64,000 nucleotides of DNA. It comes from Fonticula alba ATCC 38817 (Eukaryota; Protista; Nucleariida). Position 1 is the stretch's first letter. Each line of letters begins with the position of its first letter. This document shows positions 36,989-48,900 of the stretch, piece after piece. Below the pieces are notes generated by a model. It was not told the DNA's origin, searched no databases, and saw nothing but the letters and a program-made list of their open reading frames with translations. The stretch is taken from NCBI GenBank assembly GCA_000388065.2, contig KB932206.1; one strand, given 5' to 3'. Made by a program: the position numbers and the translations under genes.

Positions 36989-37753
36989 GGTTGTGTGGGG
37001 GGATCCCAGGCGAGGTGCCGGCGGGTGTGGGTGGTGCGGCGGTGGCGGTGACGACGGGGGGATGTGGCAGGGTGGATGGAGTGGGGCAAAAAAAGCACGG
37101 GGTGCGAGGGCTTGTGCGGAGGGGAGAGAGAGGAGGGGCCGATGGGGAATGTGCAACCGTAAGTTCCGGCAGCCAGGAGGGTCAAAAGTCCACTGCGCCG
37201 CGTTGCTCGCTTCCTCCGGGGCGAGTGGGGGGGGGGGGGAACTGGGCGAGGGGAGATCCCCACGCTGAGCCCTCCTGTTGTTGCGTCTGGCAAATGCGCC
37301 TGGACACGGCGTGTGCCAACGTCCGCGCCAACAGGGCCTGATGCGTGGGGGAAACGCTTTGGCCGCCGCCGCTCGGGGTTTAAAGGGGGCAATCACGTGG
37401 CCCCGATAGATGCTTGGATCCGCCCGCCGCCCCTTTCCTCGCCCGATCGCTGGTGTCCCCGCCGGGGCACATCCACCCGGCCCGGCTCGGCCTGGCCCGG
37501 CTCCGCACTTGTGCCCGGCGCTGCTGCTGCTACTGCCACACACACTCACACACAGACATACTCTCCGGCCGGTGGTGGTTTTCTGGCCGATCCTTCCTCC
37601 TGGGTTCGGCGTGGCCCGGACTGGCAAGTGCACACTTTTTGGCGGGTGCCCGTTCAGTACTCCCTCGAGACTCGCAACACGCCGATTGATCCTTCCCTCT
37701 CCTTTGGCCCCTCCCCTCGCTCTTCCTGTCCCCCTGCCCCGTGCACCCCTTAC

Positions 37754-37784
<31 letters not shown>

Positions 37785-37790
37785 GCACAC

Positions 37791-39068
37791 ATGTCTGCCG
37801 GCTCGCCTCCTAGTCAGGAGGGTCTCCCGCCCAATGTTGTCCGCCAGCTGACCGCCTCGGCGGATGAGCTGTGGAATCACTCGACCGAGAAGATCGTCCG
37901 TCAATTTGCCGACCATGTCTTCCCGCCCGCTGTCCTGCACTGCTCCCGCGTCTGACATATTTCCCTCGCCTGTGGCAGAATGCCGAGGTTGTTGCCCTGA
38001 CCTATGGCTCGCTTGTGGCTAACCTCGCGCGCGAGGCTCTCTCCTCAGGTGCTGGCGTGGCCGCCATCAACACCCGCCTGGATGAGATGTGCGCCATCCG
38101 CCAATCGGGCCCGCCTCCATCATGTGCCATGCACACTAACCTTCCTTCTCTGGTCTCTCCGCAGGGGTTACAACATTGGCCTCCGTCTGGCGGATGACTT
38201 TGCGTCGCGCACGCACTCCCTCTTTGCCAACACGCCCACCCGCCGGACTGGCGACGGGGCCAACAGCGTCAGCCTTCTCCGTCGCTGCGCCGACTTCCGC
38301 GAGACCGCCGAGATCATTTCCAAGGTGCGCTTACACTCTGGGCCCATCTCGCCAGGGGGAACAGTCGGGAGCGCTGACTTATTTGCCCCCTGTCGGTCGG
38401 TCGGTCGGTCTGTCTGTCGGTCGGTTGGTCGGTCGGTCTGTCTGTCGTTCCTTGTGTCTCCCTCTCCTCTTACATCCCCCCCCCCCCATACATGTTTATG
38501 TATATCTCCCCGATGCAGGTCGCCTTCAAGATGTACCTTGGCGAATCGCCGGCCATTACGGACTTCGCTCTCTCTTCGCCGGCCGATGGCAACCGGCCGG
38601 CCTTTTCGCTGGAGTTTGTCGAGCCGCCCTTCTCTTCGCACGTTATGCTTCCTCCAGTTCTCAACGGCCGGTCCACCTCGGCAGGTGAGACTGGCGCCGG
38701 GGGCAAGTCCCGCGAGGACGCTCTCTCCTACTTGTCCATGATTGCCGGGGTCATTCGTGGGGCGCTCTTTGCTGTGCGTACAGCCGCTCTTCCCTTCCTC
38801 CTGCTGGGCTCGCTCCCCCTGCCTCCCCCCCCCCCCTGCTCCGTCTTCCTGTCAAATTCCTTCTTCCCCAGCCAGTAGTTGTATCCCTATGCTTTCCATC
38901 TATTTACCCCCCTTCCCCCTCACCCCTTCCCCTCTTTCATCTCAACAGCTGGGCCTCGAGGTGATCACCTCCACCCCACGGTGCACCCTCTGGGGAGATT
39001 CGATCTCCGAAATTCGTGTGGTCCTCGTTCGCAAGATCCCAGCCTCTGCTCCGCCGAGTGATGATTAG
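37791..39068 (+). CDS. BET3: TRAPP complex subunit Bet3/TRAPPC3 (5 exons)
   Basis: EKI|NAEVVALTYGSLV, RLDEM|GYNIGLRLADDF, RCADFRETAEIISK|VAFKMYLG, LSYLSMIAGVIRGAL, TLWGDSISEIRV. Confidence 0.95.
38392..38445. repeat. (GTCG/GTCT)n tetranucleotide repeat in a BET3 intron
   Basis: tgtcggtcggtcggtcggtctgtctgtcggtcggttggtcggtcggtctgtctgtcg. Confidence 0.85.
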
Positions 39069-39304
39069 TCTTCCCAGGGCCTGTGTCGAGCCTGGGTTTC
39101 GCCTCCTTCTTCCCACCACTCGCTGCCCCGTCCGTCCCTGCTCCTGTTCCTCCTGGCCTGTGGCCGAGCTTTGTGATGTTTGAAAAATCTATTCCCGAAA
39201 GGTTTGATCTCCACACATTGCCATTTCTCCTTCGTAAGAGGATAGGGGAGGATAGGAGGGAAAAAGGAAGAAGGGAAAGCCGGAAAGCATGCCGACTACT
39301 CTTG

Positions 39305-41811
39305 TCAAACATGTCGGCTCATGCCGTATTGCCCCTGGTGGTACTGCTGCGGGGGATGTTGCGGATACTGCTGTGGGTGGGGATGCTGCTGGGGGTAACC
39401 ACCTGCCGGATGGCCCGGATGCATGTGATGCGCCGCCATTGGCTGTTGCTGCTGCTGCTGATGGGGGTGATGCACCCCTGGCGGGGCATACTGGTGCTGC
39501 TGATGCACCCCTGGCGGAGCGTGCGGGTGCTGCTGATGGGCCTGGTCGAAGGGAGCCTGGCCCGGGTGATGGTGATACTTTTGCGGGTGTGTCGCATGAC
39601 CAACGAGCGCCACCTGTGAGGAGTTCTCGCGCTGGATGTTTAGCAACTCCAGATGCTTGGCTGGGAAAGATCGAATGCAAGGGAGCAAGGCAAGCGAGGC
39701 GCGTCAGTTAGTCAGCCAGCCTAGTCAGTCAGATGGGATGGCGGGAGCTCCAAGAATGGCGCGCTCACGGGCACGCACCATGGCACGCCTCCAGCTCGTC
39801 GACGGTCTTCTGCAGGACAGGAGACAACTCGTTGACTGAGGTGAAGAGCGTATGCATCCGACGATTGGAGGCAATTTGTGCGGCAGCAGCAGCCCGCGCA
39901 TGCGGGCTGGAGTCTGCCTCAATGGACTCGCGCACTTGGGCCATCATCTGGCAGAAGAGGTAGAGATGGCGCTGTTCGCTTTCCGTCAGGACACCCTCGA
40001 TGCGAGTGGGGGGAGGGGCCGCCGCAGGCTGGGCCGCTGGGCGCGATGGGACCGGCGAGCCGGAAACCGCGGCCGGGGTCTGCTTCAGGGTCCCGTATGG
40101 CCCGTACGAGGAGGAGGAGGAGGAGGAGGAGGAGGAAGAAGAAGAGGGGGCTTGTGCCGAGGAGTGGGAGGTGGGGGCTGGGTCGGTGGGCTTTGTTGGG
40201 CCAGCCGAGGCTGGGGGCCGGTGACTGTGCTGCTGGTCCGCGAGTGAGGCGGCAATCGCCCGGGCCAGTTCCTCATCCTCGCTGGTGGAATGGCCCGCTG
40301 ACGTCGAGGAGGCCTTCTGCCAGTGCGCGTCAGAGGAGCCCATCCCACCGGAGCGAGGGGGCTCATACTTCTTCTCATGGGTCAGCAGCGATTCACGAAT
40401 GGCCTCCTGCAGCTGACGCTCCTCATAGTCATCCGAAAAGGGGGCGCTCGTCTGGGGCTTCGGCGTGTTGCGTGCGTAGGCCGAAGTGGCGCTGGCTGGT
40501 TCGCCATTTGCGTCGAAGCACCCGTCGCACACGCGCTCAGGCGTGTCACCATGGTCAGGGAGGACCTTCTTCTTGCTGGAGCACCTGCCGCAGAAGCTGA
40601 GGCGACACCGGCGGCAGTGGTGCTAAAGAGTGGCAACTTGACGGTTAGTTGAAGGGGATAGCAGAAGGCCAAATCCACGAAAGTGGAAGTGGGGAAGGGG
40701 GGAGATGGGATACTACACATACCCGACGGGTGATCTGGGTGAAAGACACCCGACAGCGGCGGCACTGGGTGCCCTCTTCGAAGGGGGCGGGCTTGCTCAC
40801 AGTGTAGATGGCTGCTGCGTAGTTGCTGCCCGACGAGTGAGAGGCCGGGTGGATGCCTGGGAGAGGAGGATGGCAAAAGCAGTGTCAGCGTGGGTGTATC
40901 GCAGGTGTCGGGGGGAGAGATGCCGACACAAGAAGGTGTATCCGGCTGCAAAAGAGGGGAAAACGAACCGATGTTCGCCAGGCGCTCAACAAAGGGCTGC
41001 ATCAGTGTCCGGCAGAGCTGATCGCCCCGGAAGGCGGTATTCCACTCGAAAAAGAGGGCCACAGCCTTGTTGGCCACCTGCGAGTCGGTGGAGGTCACCT
41101 TCTGCAGGGCGGGAGGGAGTCGGCGGGGCAGGAGTCAGACGGGGCCAGTGAAAATCAGGAGGGTGTGTTGAAAGATGGCGTACCTTCTCGGCGAGGGACA
41201 CCAGCGCATCCAATACAGAGTTAGAAAGTAGACCGCCGGTGCGAATCGTCACATCGCAGTTCTTGGCAATCATGTCCATCAGCTGATTGGCCAGGTATAT
41301 GAGGGGAGAGGGCGGGAGGGGTCAATGTCGTGCAGACCGGAGGAAGGCAAGCGCGCGTCAGGAGGATGCATGGGAGGTCGAAAGATCCAGCCAAATGGAT
41401 GGACGCACAGCGATGCAGAGGAGACGCGTCTGATGTGACTCCGACTGGAGGTGCTGCACGAGCTTTCGGCGCAACTCCTTGGCACTGGAAGGAGGACCAT
41501 GGCAGAAGCGGTGAGTGGCAGCCGATGGGCGGGGGAGAAAAAAAAGGAAAGAAAGGGGGGGGGGAAGAGAATCATGGGGGGAGTCATCTCGAGCATACCT
41601 GAGGGCCTTGCTGTCGAGCCGCTGGCACACCTCAAGGTTGTACATGAGATTCGGCTCGCGCAAATCACTGGAGACCGCTTGGTCTGGAGTTCCAAACAGG
41701 GTTGTACGGCAGGGGGAAGGTTGGTGAAAAGGAGAAGAAAAGAAGGGAAGTCAGGCCGGGATACGGGGCATAGGACGAACCAATAGACTTGTCGTAACTG
41801 AAGAAATCCAT
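39305..41811 (-). CDS. VPS27: ESCRT-0 subunit Vps27/Hrs-like (VHS-FYVE-UIM-UIM-coiled coil-His/Gln tail; multi-exon)
   Basis: VHS-like N-terminus (LREPNLMYNLEVCQRL, LMDMIAKNC). FYVE CRRCRVSFTQITRR|HHCRRC...FCGRCS...RVCDGC. UIMs YEERQLQEAIRESL and DEELARAIAASL. Confidence 0.9.
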
Positions 41812-42977
41812 CCTTTCTTCGTTGGTGATCGAGGGGATCTCCAAGGCAGGCGAAAAGGAGGGGAGGGAGTCACGGAGGGAGAGGGCAGGGCCGGGGAGAG
41901 GCTGGCTCGGATGTGCTGGCAGGGGTCGGCGACAAGAGAGGGGATGAAGAATTCGGGGGGGGGGGAGGAGGGGATATCTCGGAGGCTGCCGCCACAAACG
42001 CTGCAGCCCCCTTTTTTACCTCCTGATGGGCGACCGCCAGATCGCACTTTCCAAATGTTATCTTCCCCGCACTTTGCTGCTCTCTTGCGTGTCCCTCCCT
42101 GGCGAGGTGGGTATTCCCAATTGGGATCTTCCCCGAGGACGTCCCCCGCCCACTTCGGGGATGAAGTGGCAAGATAGGCTTCCTGCTGCCCGCTCGCCGC
42201 CCTTCCACACCGCCGGCCAATCTGAGGGCCTTCCGTCGGACGCAATTAATGGCGCGCATTTTCGCCTGATGGGGCCGCGGCCGGGAATAGAAAGGACCAG
42301 CCCATCGGTCAGGGAGATCGGCCCCCGCCAGGGAACGGGGGGGGGGGGGGGGGTTCCGCCCCCCCCCTTGGCTTCCAGCCTTGTCGAAGCCCTGAGTCCG
42401 GCAGGTTTTTTTTTGGGAAGGGCGGCTCGATCATAACCAAGATGGCACATGTGATCATGTCATATGCATGCGAAACCACGGGTCATCGCCGCGAGGCGTT
42501 TTTCGGGGACTGGGTGGCCCGCGCGTTTCGCTGCCGGCAGCCCCGGGGACGAGGCCATGGCGGCGTCCCAGCCTGGGCGAGCAGCCCCTTGCCTTCTCTC
42601 CCACAAGACCGGCGCGATCTGGCGGTCAGTCTGACGAAAGATGGAGCTTTGCTGGCTCGAATGCTTGGCCGGTCTCGGGTGTGCGGCCAGGAGAGGGGTC
42701 TGGAACGGTGGGCAACAGAGGCAGGAGGGGGGGGGGGGGGGGGGCCTTTTTTTCGGGCCGCACACCAGGAGTCCAGGCCACCAGCCTGCAGTAAGCCCTG
42801 CACCGCCTTCTCTCTCTCTGGTGAGTCCCCTCCCGATAAGCCTCCCCCTTCGGGTTCGGCTGTCCCCCTTTCCCCATGTTCCCCTCTCCCTTGCCCCCCC
42901 CCCCCCCACTTCCGTCTCCGCCGCTGACCACTCGCCACAGACTCCGCAGTGCTACTACTCCCCTTTGATTGATCACC

Positions 42978-44738
42978 ATGACCGCCGCCGATTTTGACGA
43001 GTCCGAGTCCTTCATCCCCGAGCAGGAGCTCTCCGTGCGTGCTTCCATGCCGTCGCCCCCTGCCCGTGCCTTCCCCCTTTTTTTTTGACCCTCCAGCGGC
43101 CTGCTTGTGCCCGAGTTTCTGACCCGCTGTTTAGCGTGCCCGCGAGAACCCCCTGGTTTTCCAGCGCCTCGGGGAGATCCTGGCTGACACCGGGATTGCT
43201 CTGGCCCTGCGCTTCCGGGCCCTTTTCACTCTGAAGTACCTTGGCGGCGAGCAGGCCGCTTTGGCCATCGAGAAGGGCTTTGCCGACCAGTCGGCCCTGC
43301 TGCGCCACGAGCTGGCCTACGTCCTTGGGCAGCTGAAGCAGCAGTGCTCGCTGCCGATCCTGACCCAGATCGTGGACGACTCCACGGAAGATGAGATTGT
43401 GCGCCCACATGCCACCTTCTCCCCCGCCCCCCGGGGGGCGGGGGTTCTCATTGGCAACCCCTTCGCGGCTTTCATTCTAACCCATGGTGTCCTTGATCGA
43501 ACGGGTCATAGGTTCGTCACGAGGCTGGCGAGGCCCTTGCCGCCATCGGCGACCCTTCCTCCTTTGCCATCCTGCGCAAGTACGCTCCTGGTGGCGAGGG
43601 TGCCCTGGCCGGGGCGCCGCAGCCGCTGGTGGACACCTGCGAGCTGGCCGTCGCCCGGCTCGAGTATGACGCCCTCTGCATGCCGGGCGGGCCGCTGGCC
43701 GGCGAGGCGGCGGTGGCCGCTGCTGCCCGGTCCCCGGGCCCGGATGGTGCTCCGGCCGAGCAGCCCTTCCTGACCATTGACCCGGCCCCGCCGTGCTATT
43801 TCGCCGACCGGGCTGCCGGGCGCCCGGCCAAGACCATTCCGGAGCTGCGTGAGCGCTTGCTCGATGCGAGCCTGCCTCTCTTCGATCGGTACCGGGCCCT
43901 GTTCAGCTTGCGCGATCTGTCTGTGGCTCCGAGTAATGCCTCGGCCGCGGCTGCTGCGGCCGAGTCCGCCGGCCCGATTGCCCAGGCCACCGCTGCCCGG
44001 GAGGCCGAGGAGGCGGCCCAGCAGTCCCGCGAGGCGGCCGTCCTGGCCATCTGTGCCGGTCTGCAGGCCCCCTGCTCGGCGCTCCTGCGCCATGAGGTGG
44101 CTTTCGTGTTGGGACAGATCTGCAGCCCGATCAGTGTACCGGCTCTGATTGCCTCGCTGCAAGACGAGGCTGAGCACCCGATGGTCCGCCATGAGAGCGC
44201 TGAGAGTATGTGTTCTCCCTCTGCCATGTTCTTATCTGTCCCGTGCTCTTGTTGTTCTGTTGCCTCCCCCTCCCCCCTCGCCTGCGCGGACGCTGGTCTT
44301 CCATCCCCCCTCCCCCTCTAACCTCCTCTCCTTCCCCCTCTAACCTCCTCTCCTTCCCCCTCTAACCTCCTCTCCCTCCCCCCTCGCTCCTCCATAGCTC
44401 TTGGGTCCATCGGCACGCCAGAGGTCAAGGAGATTCTGGAGAAGTTCCAGCTCGACCATGCTGAGGTGGTCCAGGAGAGCTGCCAGGTGGCCCTGGATAT
44501 GTGCGAGAATGAGGACATCAACAGTGCGTGCTCTCCTGATTTTCTGTCTTTCGCGTGTCCTTCTCTCTCTCTCTCTCTCTCTCCCCCCCCCCTCCTCTCT
44601 TGCCATATCGGGTACTCACCCTCGTACCACCCCTCTTACCCTGCTTCCTGCCCTCCTGTCCCGCTCTCTGTATCGGTGTTTGCGGTGTGGTCAGTCTTCA
44701 ACTATGCTGAGATTGCTCGTGCCGCCAACTCCGCATGA
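42978..44738 (+). CDS. DOHH: Deoxyhypusine hydroxylase (5 exons)
   Basis: LRFRALFTLKYLGG; four His-Glu iron motifs (RHELAYVLGQ, VRHEAGEAL, RHEVAFVLGQ, VRHESAES); TIDPAPP; RYRALFSLR; VVQESCQVALDM. Confidence 0.96.
44312..44376 (+). repeat. 22-bp tandem repeat x3 containing a CTAAC branch point
   Basis: (ccccctctaacctcctctcctt)x3 in DOHH intron 3. Confidence 0.92.
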
Positions 44739-44834
44739 TGACACTGGTCGATTCCCTCCTTTCTCCGCCGTTCATACTGTGGGGCGGCCAGAGGTGCTCC
44801 TCTCGGCTGGGGTGGGTGCTCCCCTCCCCCCCCC

Positions 44835-44849
44835 NNNNNNNNNNNNNNN
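44835..44849. other. Assembly gap
   Basis: N run. Confidence 1.
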
Positions 44850-45946
44850 GTCCCCCCCCCCCACATACAGATGGTTGTTCATTTTGTACCTCCTCTTTGT
44901 CCCCTGGACCCCCCGGTACGCCTCCCCGGGGAGGCACCCCACCCAGCGCCAGTGACCACGGGCGTGCCGCCTACACACAACACATACACACAAATACACA
45001 ATACAGTCTGTGGGCCGCTACTCTTCACAGTCCGCCCTGTCCCCCCCGCCCGCCCGCCCGCCCGCCCGCCCGCCCGCCCCCTTCTTCCCCCCTGGTTCGT
45101 GGGGCATCATCCCCGCCAGGGCGCGAAGCGCCATCCGTTGGCATTCCGCTGCCCGATCATCCCGCACCGTGATCCCCCGCGGTTCAATCCGCCAGCCCAG
45201 CCGGGGGGTGGGGCCAGGGTGGGGACGCATGGGGGTGTGAGCCGAAGAAAACAGGGGCAGACCACGTCGATGCTCGATCGACGTCGGCCAGCCGGACGTT
45301 CATGTCCCCCTTCCGCCGGCAGACGTGTGGATCCGATTGCACTGTCAAAACCCCGTCCGATGAGTGGTCCCCGCAGGGATAGGCGCCCCTGCGGCCCGAG
45401 GGCGCGACCGGGGTCCGGCTCCCCCCCCCCCCCCCCCCCCCGGCCCAGATGTGCTGTCGCTCGCGGGTCCCCCAGTCAAGTAACCCACAATTAGCGAGCT
45501 CCTCTGTTTCCCCGGGGTCTCGGGCATGGACCAACCCGCTGACACTTGTCATCCAATCTCGCCACTTGGGTGGGCGGATGAGTGGATGGCTGTGAAGACG
45601 GCCAGGAGGGGCAAGCGAGCACATGGAGAGAATGGAGGGACAGGGAGCCATAGAGAGGGACAGAGAGACGGAGGGCGGGAGGGTCACATTTCGCAAGTCC
45701 AGCCAGGACACCCAGCAGGTGTGTGGATGTCGAGGCATGTCCGAGCGGACAGGGATCTACTCATCGGCCACCATCGAGAGAGACCCGAGGGTCCGCCCCC
45801 TCCTGAGGCAATCTTGATCATTTTTCTCCGCCCCTGCCCAGTTCCCCTTCCACCTTTCCTTCATCCGCTGCTGAATCGCGTCCTCATCAAGCAATCCCCG
45901 CCCCTCCACCCTCGGCATCACCCCCTTGTTTTGCCGACCAACAGCC

Positions 45947-48900
45947 ATGCTGAGTCTTGCCCGCCTCCAGGCACGTCCTGGACGCGCCACAGGGTCGACT
46001 TGCGCTCGGGCCCTTTTCGCCTCCGGGACAGGTCCGAATCGGACGGATGGTACGCCCAGACGCGTGCTTGAATATCAGGGCTCCTCTCCCCCCCTCCCTC
46101 GCTTCCTCTCTCTCTTTCCCCCTCTTCCTGTTTCTCTTCCTCTTTATCCCTCCCTCTCCGCCTCTCGCGCCCATTCCAGCTGACTAACTGCCGCCGCCTG
46201 TTCGCAGAGCCCCCCGCCGATGCCATGGAGACCCGCTCCGGTCGCTTCAAGCGCCGAAAGGGGGCTCTCCGCAACCCGCTTGTTGGCAAGAAAGGCTACC
46301 GCAACACGCCCCCCGCCCCGCGCCCAGCCTTCCACAGGCGCTGCGATGGCGCCGATACCCCGAACATGGTGGCCCCCGCGCGTCCGACGAATGGCTGGTC
46401 CTTGGCGGATTTTCGCACTTTCCGCGGGGCTCTTCGCCTACACTTGCACTTCCCCCTTGACCGCCGGGGTCTTCATCTGGCGCCCTGGCGCCAGCCCGGC
46501 ACACGGTCTCTGTTCTCCTACCAGTCGCTCCCCGTGGAGAGTCGCCCTCACTGCCCCCCGGGGCCGATGGTCGCCCCTGTGGGCACACTCAGCCGGCCCC
46601 CAACACGGCCGCTGCTTCTCCAAGGTATCCAGGGCATCCGCGGGGAATCCACCCCTCGAGGAGCCGCGTCCTTTACCATCCGGCACTACTCCTCCTCCTT
46701 CCATTCCTCTTTGGGGTCCTTCGCCTCCCGGGAGTTTCTCTCCGCCGATGAGCAGCTCCTTCGGAAGATGGTTCTGAAGAATCCACGCGAGGTACGGCAT
46801 CACCGCCAGCTCCCCCGGCCCCTGGGCTCCCGGGGTCCAATGGCCGCTGTCCCGGGCCGCCATTCAACACTCGCTGATCTCTAACCCCCGCCCCCCCCCC
46901 CCTCCCCCCTCCTCCTTTCCTGGCATTGCTTGGCCTGGACAGCTCCACACGGTCCTTGATGAGTTTGTCATCGGGCAAGAAAAGGCCAAGCGCGTCCTCA
47001 GTGTGGCGGTGTATAACCATTACACGCGCGTGCGCCGGTCGATTGGCATGGCTGCCAGCAATCGCCGAGCCGACCGGCTTGACCCATTGGCCGACCTCAC
47101 TCGGCCCGGCGCGGGCGCCGAAACACACGCCGAGTCTCGCCCCGGACGTCGAGCCACCTCCAGTCAGAGCTTCGTCTACTCGGCCAAAGGCCCAGCCGAT
47201 GCGGGCCTCACCGCACCCGGCACCGAGTCCAGTGACAAGGCACCAGCGGCCTCGGCCGGAGGTCCAAGCCCGAATCCCCCAATCGGCGGATTGGAGTTCC
47301 AGTCAACGCTCGCGTCGCTGGCTTCCGCTGGCCAGGCCACCCTGATGGGCGCGCTGGCCCGGTCGAAGCTCGGCCTAAAAACCGCAGATCGTGATGCTCG
47401 CCCGGCCACCGGCAATGATGACCCTTCGGCGGAGTCTGGGACTTCGGGCGAGATGGCCACCAGCACCCCCGCCAATGTCACCCCCGCCAGCTCGACCCAA
47501 GCCCCATCCTCGGATGCTTCGCGGCTCCGTGGCTCGCCTGGTCGTGCCTCCGGACCCCAGCAGCACCCACACTCAACGGATGAGGAGGCCGGCGGGGCAC
47601 GGCCCTTCGACGGGCCGGGCTTCATTCACCCCCGTCACGGACGCCTATCCATGCGCGATTCCATCTTCGACTATACAGGCTCGGCCTCGACCTTCAGCGT
47701 GTCGGATGTGTGGGATCGGTCGCGAGCTGGTCTGCCACATGTTGGCCCCGGCGAGTGGAATCGCCCTCCCGCCAGTCGGCGCCCGGAGGTCGAGGATGAC
47801 GCCGAAAGTGGGGGCGGCGGCTCCACCCAGCAAGCCGAGCACCTGACCATCGGGGAGATTGTCCCCGACAAGTCGAATGTCCTGCTGCTCGGCCCCACCG
47901 GCACGGGGAAGACCCTGCTCGTCAAGGCTCTCGCCAAGCACCTGGGCGTGCCGTTTGCCAGCTGCGACGCAACCACCCTCACGCAGACCGGCTACGTGGG
48001 TGATGATGTGGACACGGTTCTCTTCCGGTTGCTTCAGGCTGCCAATTTCGATCATCGCGTGGCTCAATACGGTATGTTTCTGGGGAACCGCTGCAAATGC
48101 GGCTAATGCCGGGGCGTGAAGTGGACGACGAGTCGGATGGGCCGAGGGGAGGGGGAGGGGGGGGGGGGGGGGGGGAGAGGGACTGGGAGCCTGGGAACAG
48201 ATCAAGGGGAGGACGACACAGGAAGGCAACCACCCAACCCCAGCGAAGACCCAGTGACTGACTCTTCGTCATGGCCACTTCCTTGGGTCTGCCTCCTTCT
48301 CTGCGGGTGACCGTGGGGGAACGGGACACCCATTCCATCCGAGACAGGGATTGTCTTTATCGACGAGGTGGACAAGCTCCGGCGCCGGTCGACCAGTGCC
48401 AGCATCCGTGAATTGGATGTCGGCGGCGAGGCCGTCCAACAGGGGCTCCTTCGGATGCTGGAGGGTGAGAAAATCAATGTCACCGACCGCCGACCCCCGA
48501 GCATGGCCCCTGGTGGCGGCAAGCGCGAGGGGCTGACCCTTGATACCCGGCACATTCTGTTTGTGCTGGCTGGCGCCTTCGAGGGAATTGATGACTTTGT
48601 GTGGAACCGACTGAACTTCAAGGCACGAAATGCATCCACCCACGCGAGGGTCCTTCGTCGTTGTGCTCTTCCTGGCTGGGTTTCGCTCTCCTGCGCCCCT
48701 TGCCGAGCCGTTGGCCCAGACACTAACACGATGAAGCACTTGCAGAAATCCAAGATCGGCTTCGGGGCTCCCGTCAACAAAGATGACCTCCTCCGGGCGG
48801 CTCCTGCCGCGGCCAAGAGCTCTGACGATCAGGTGGACCGGTCGGTGACTCCGGCGGCGGCGGCGGCGGCGGCGGCTGCCGCTGCCATGGCTGCCGCAGT

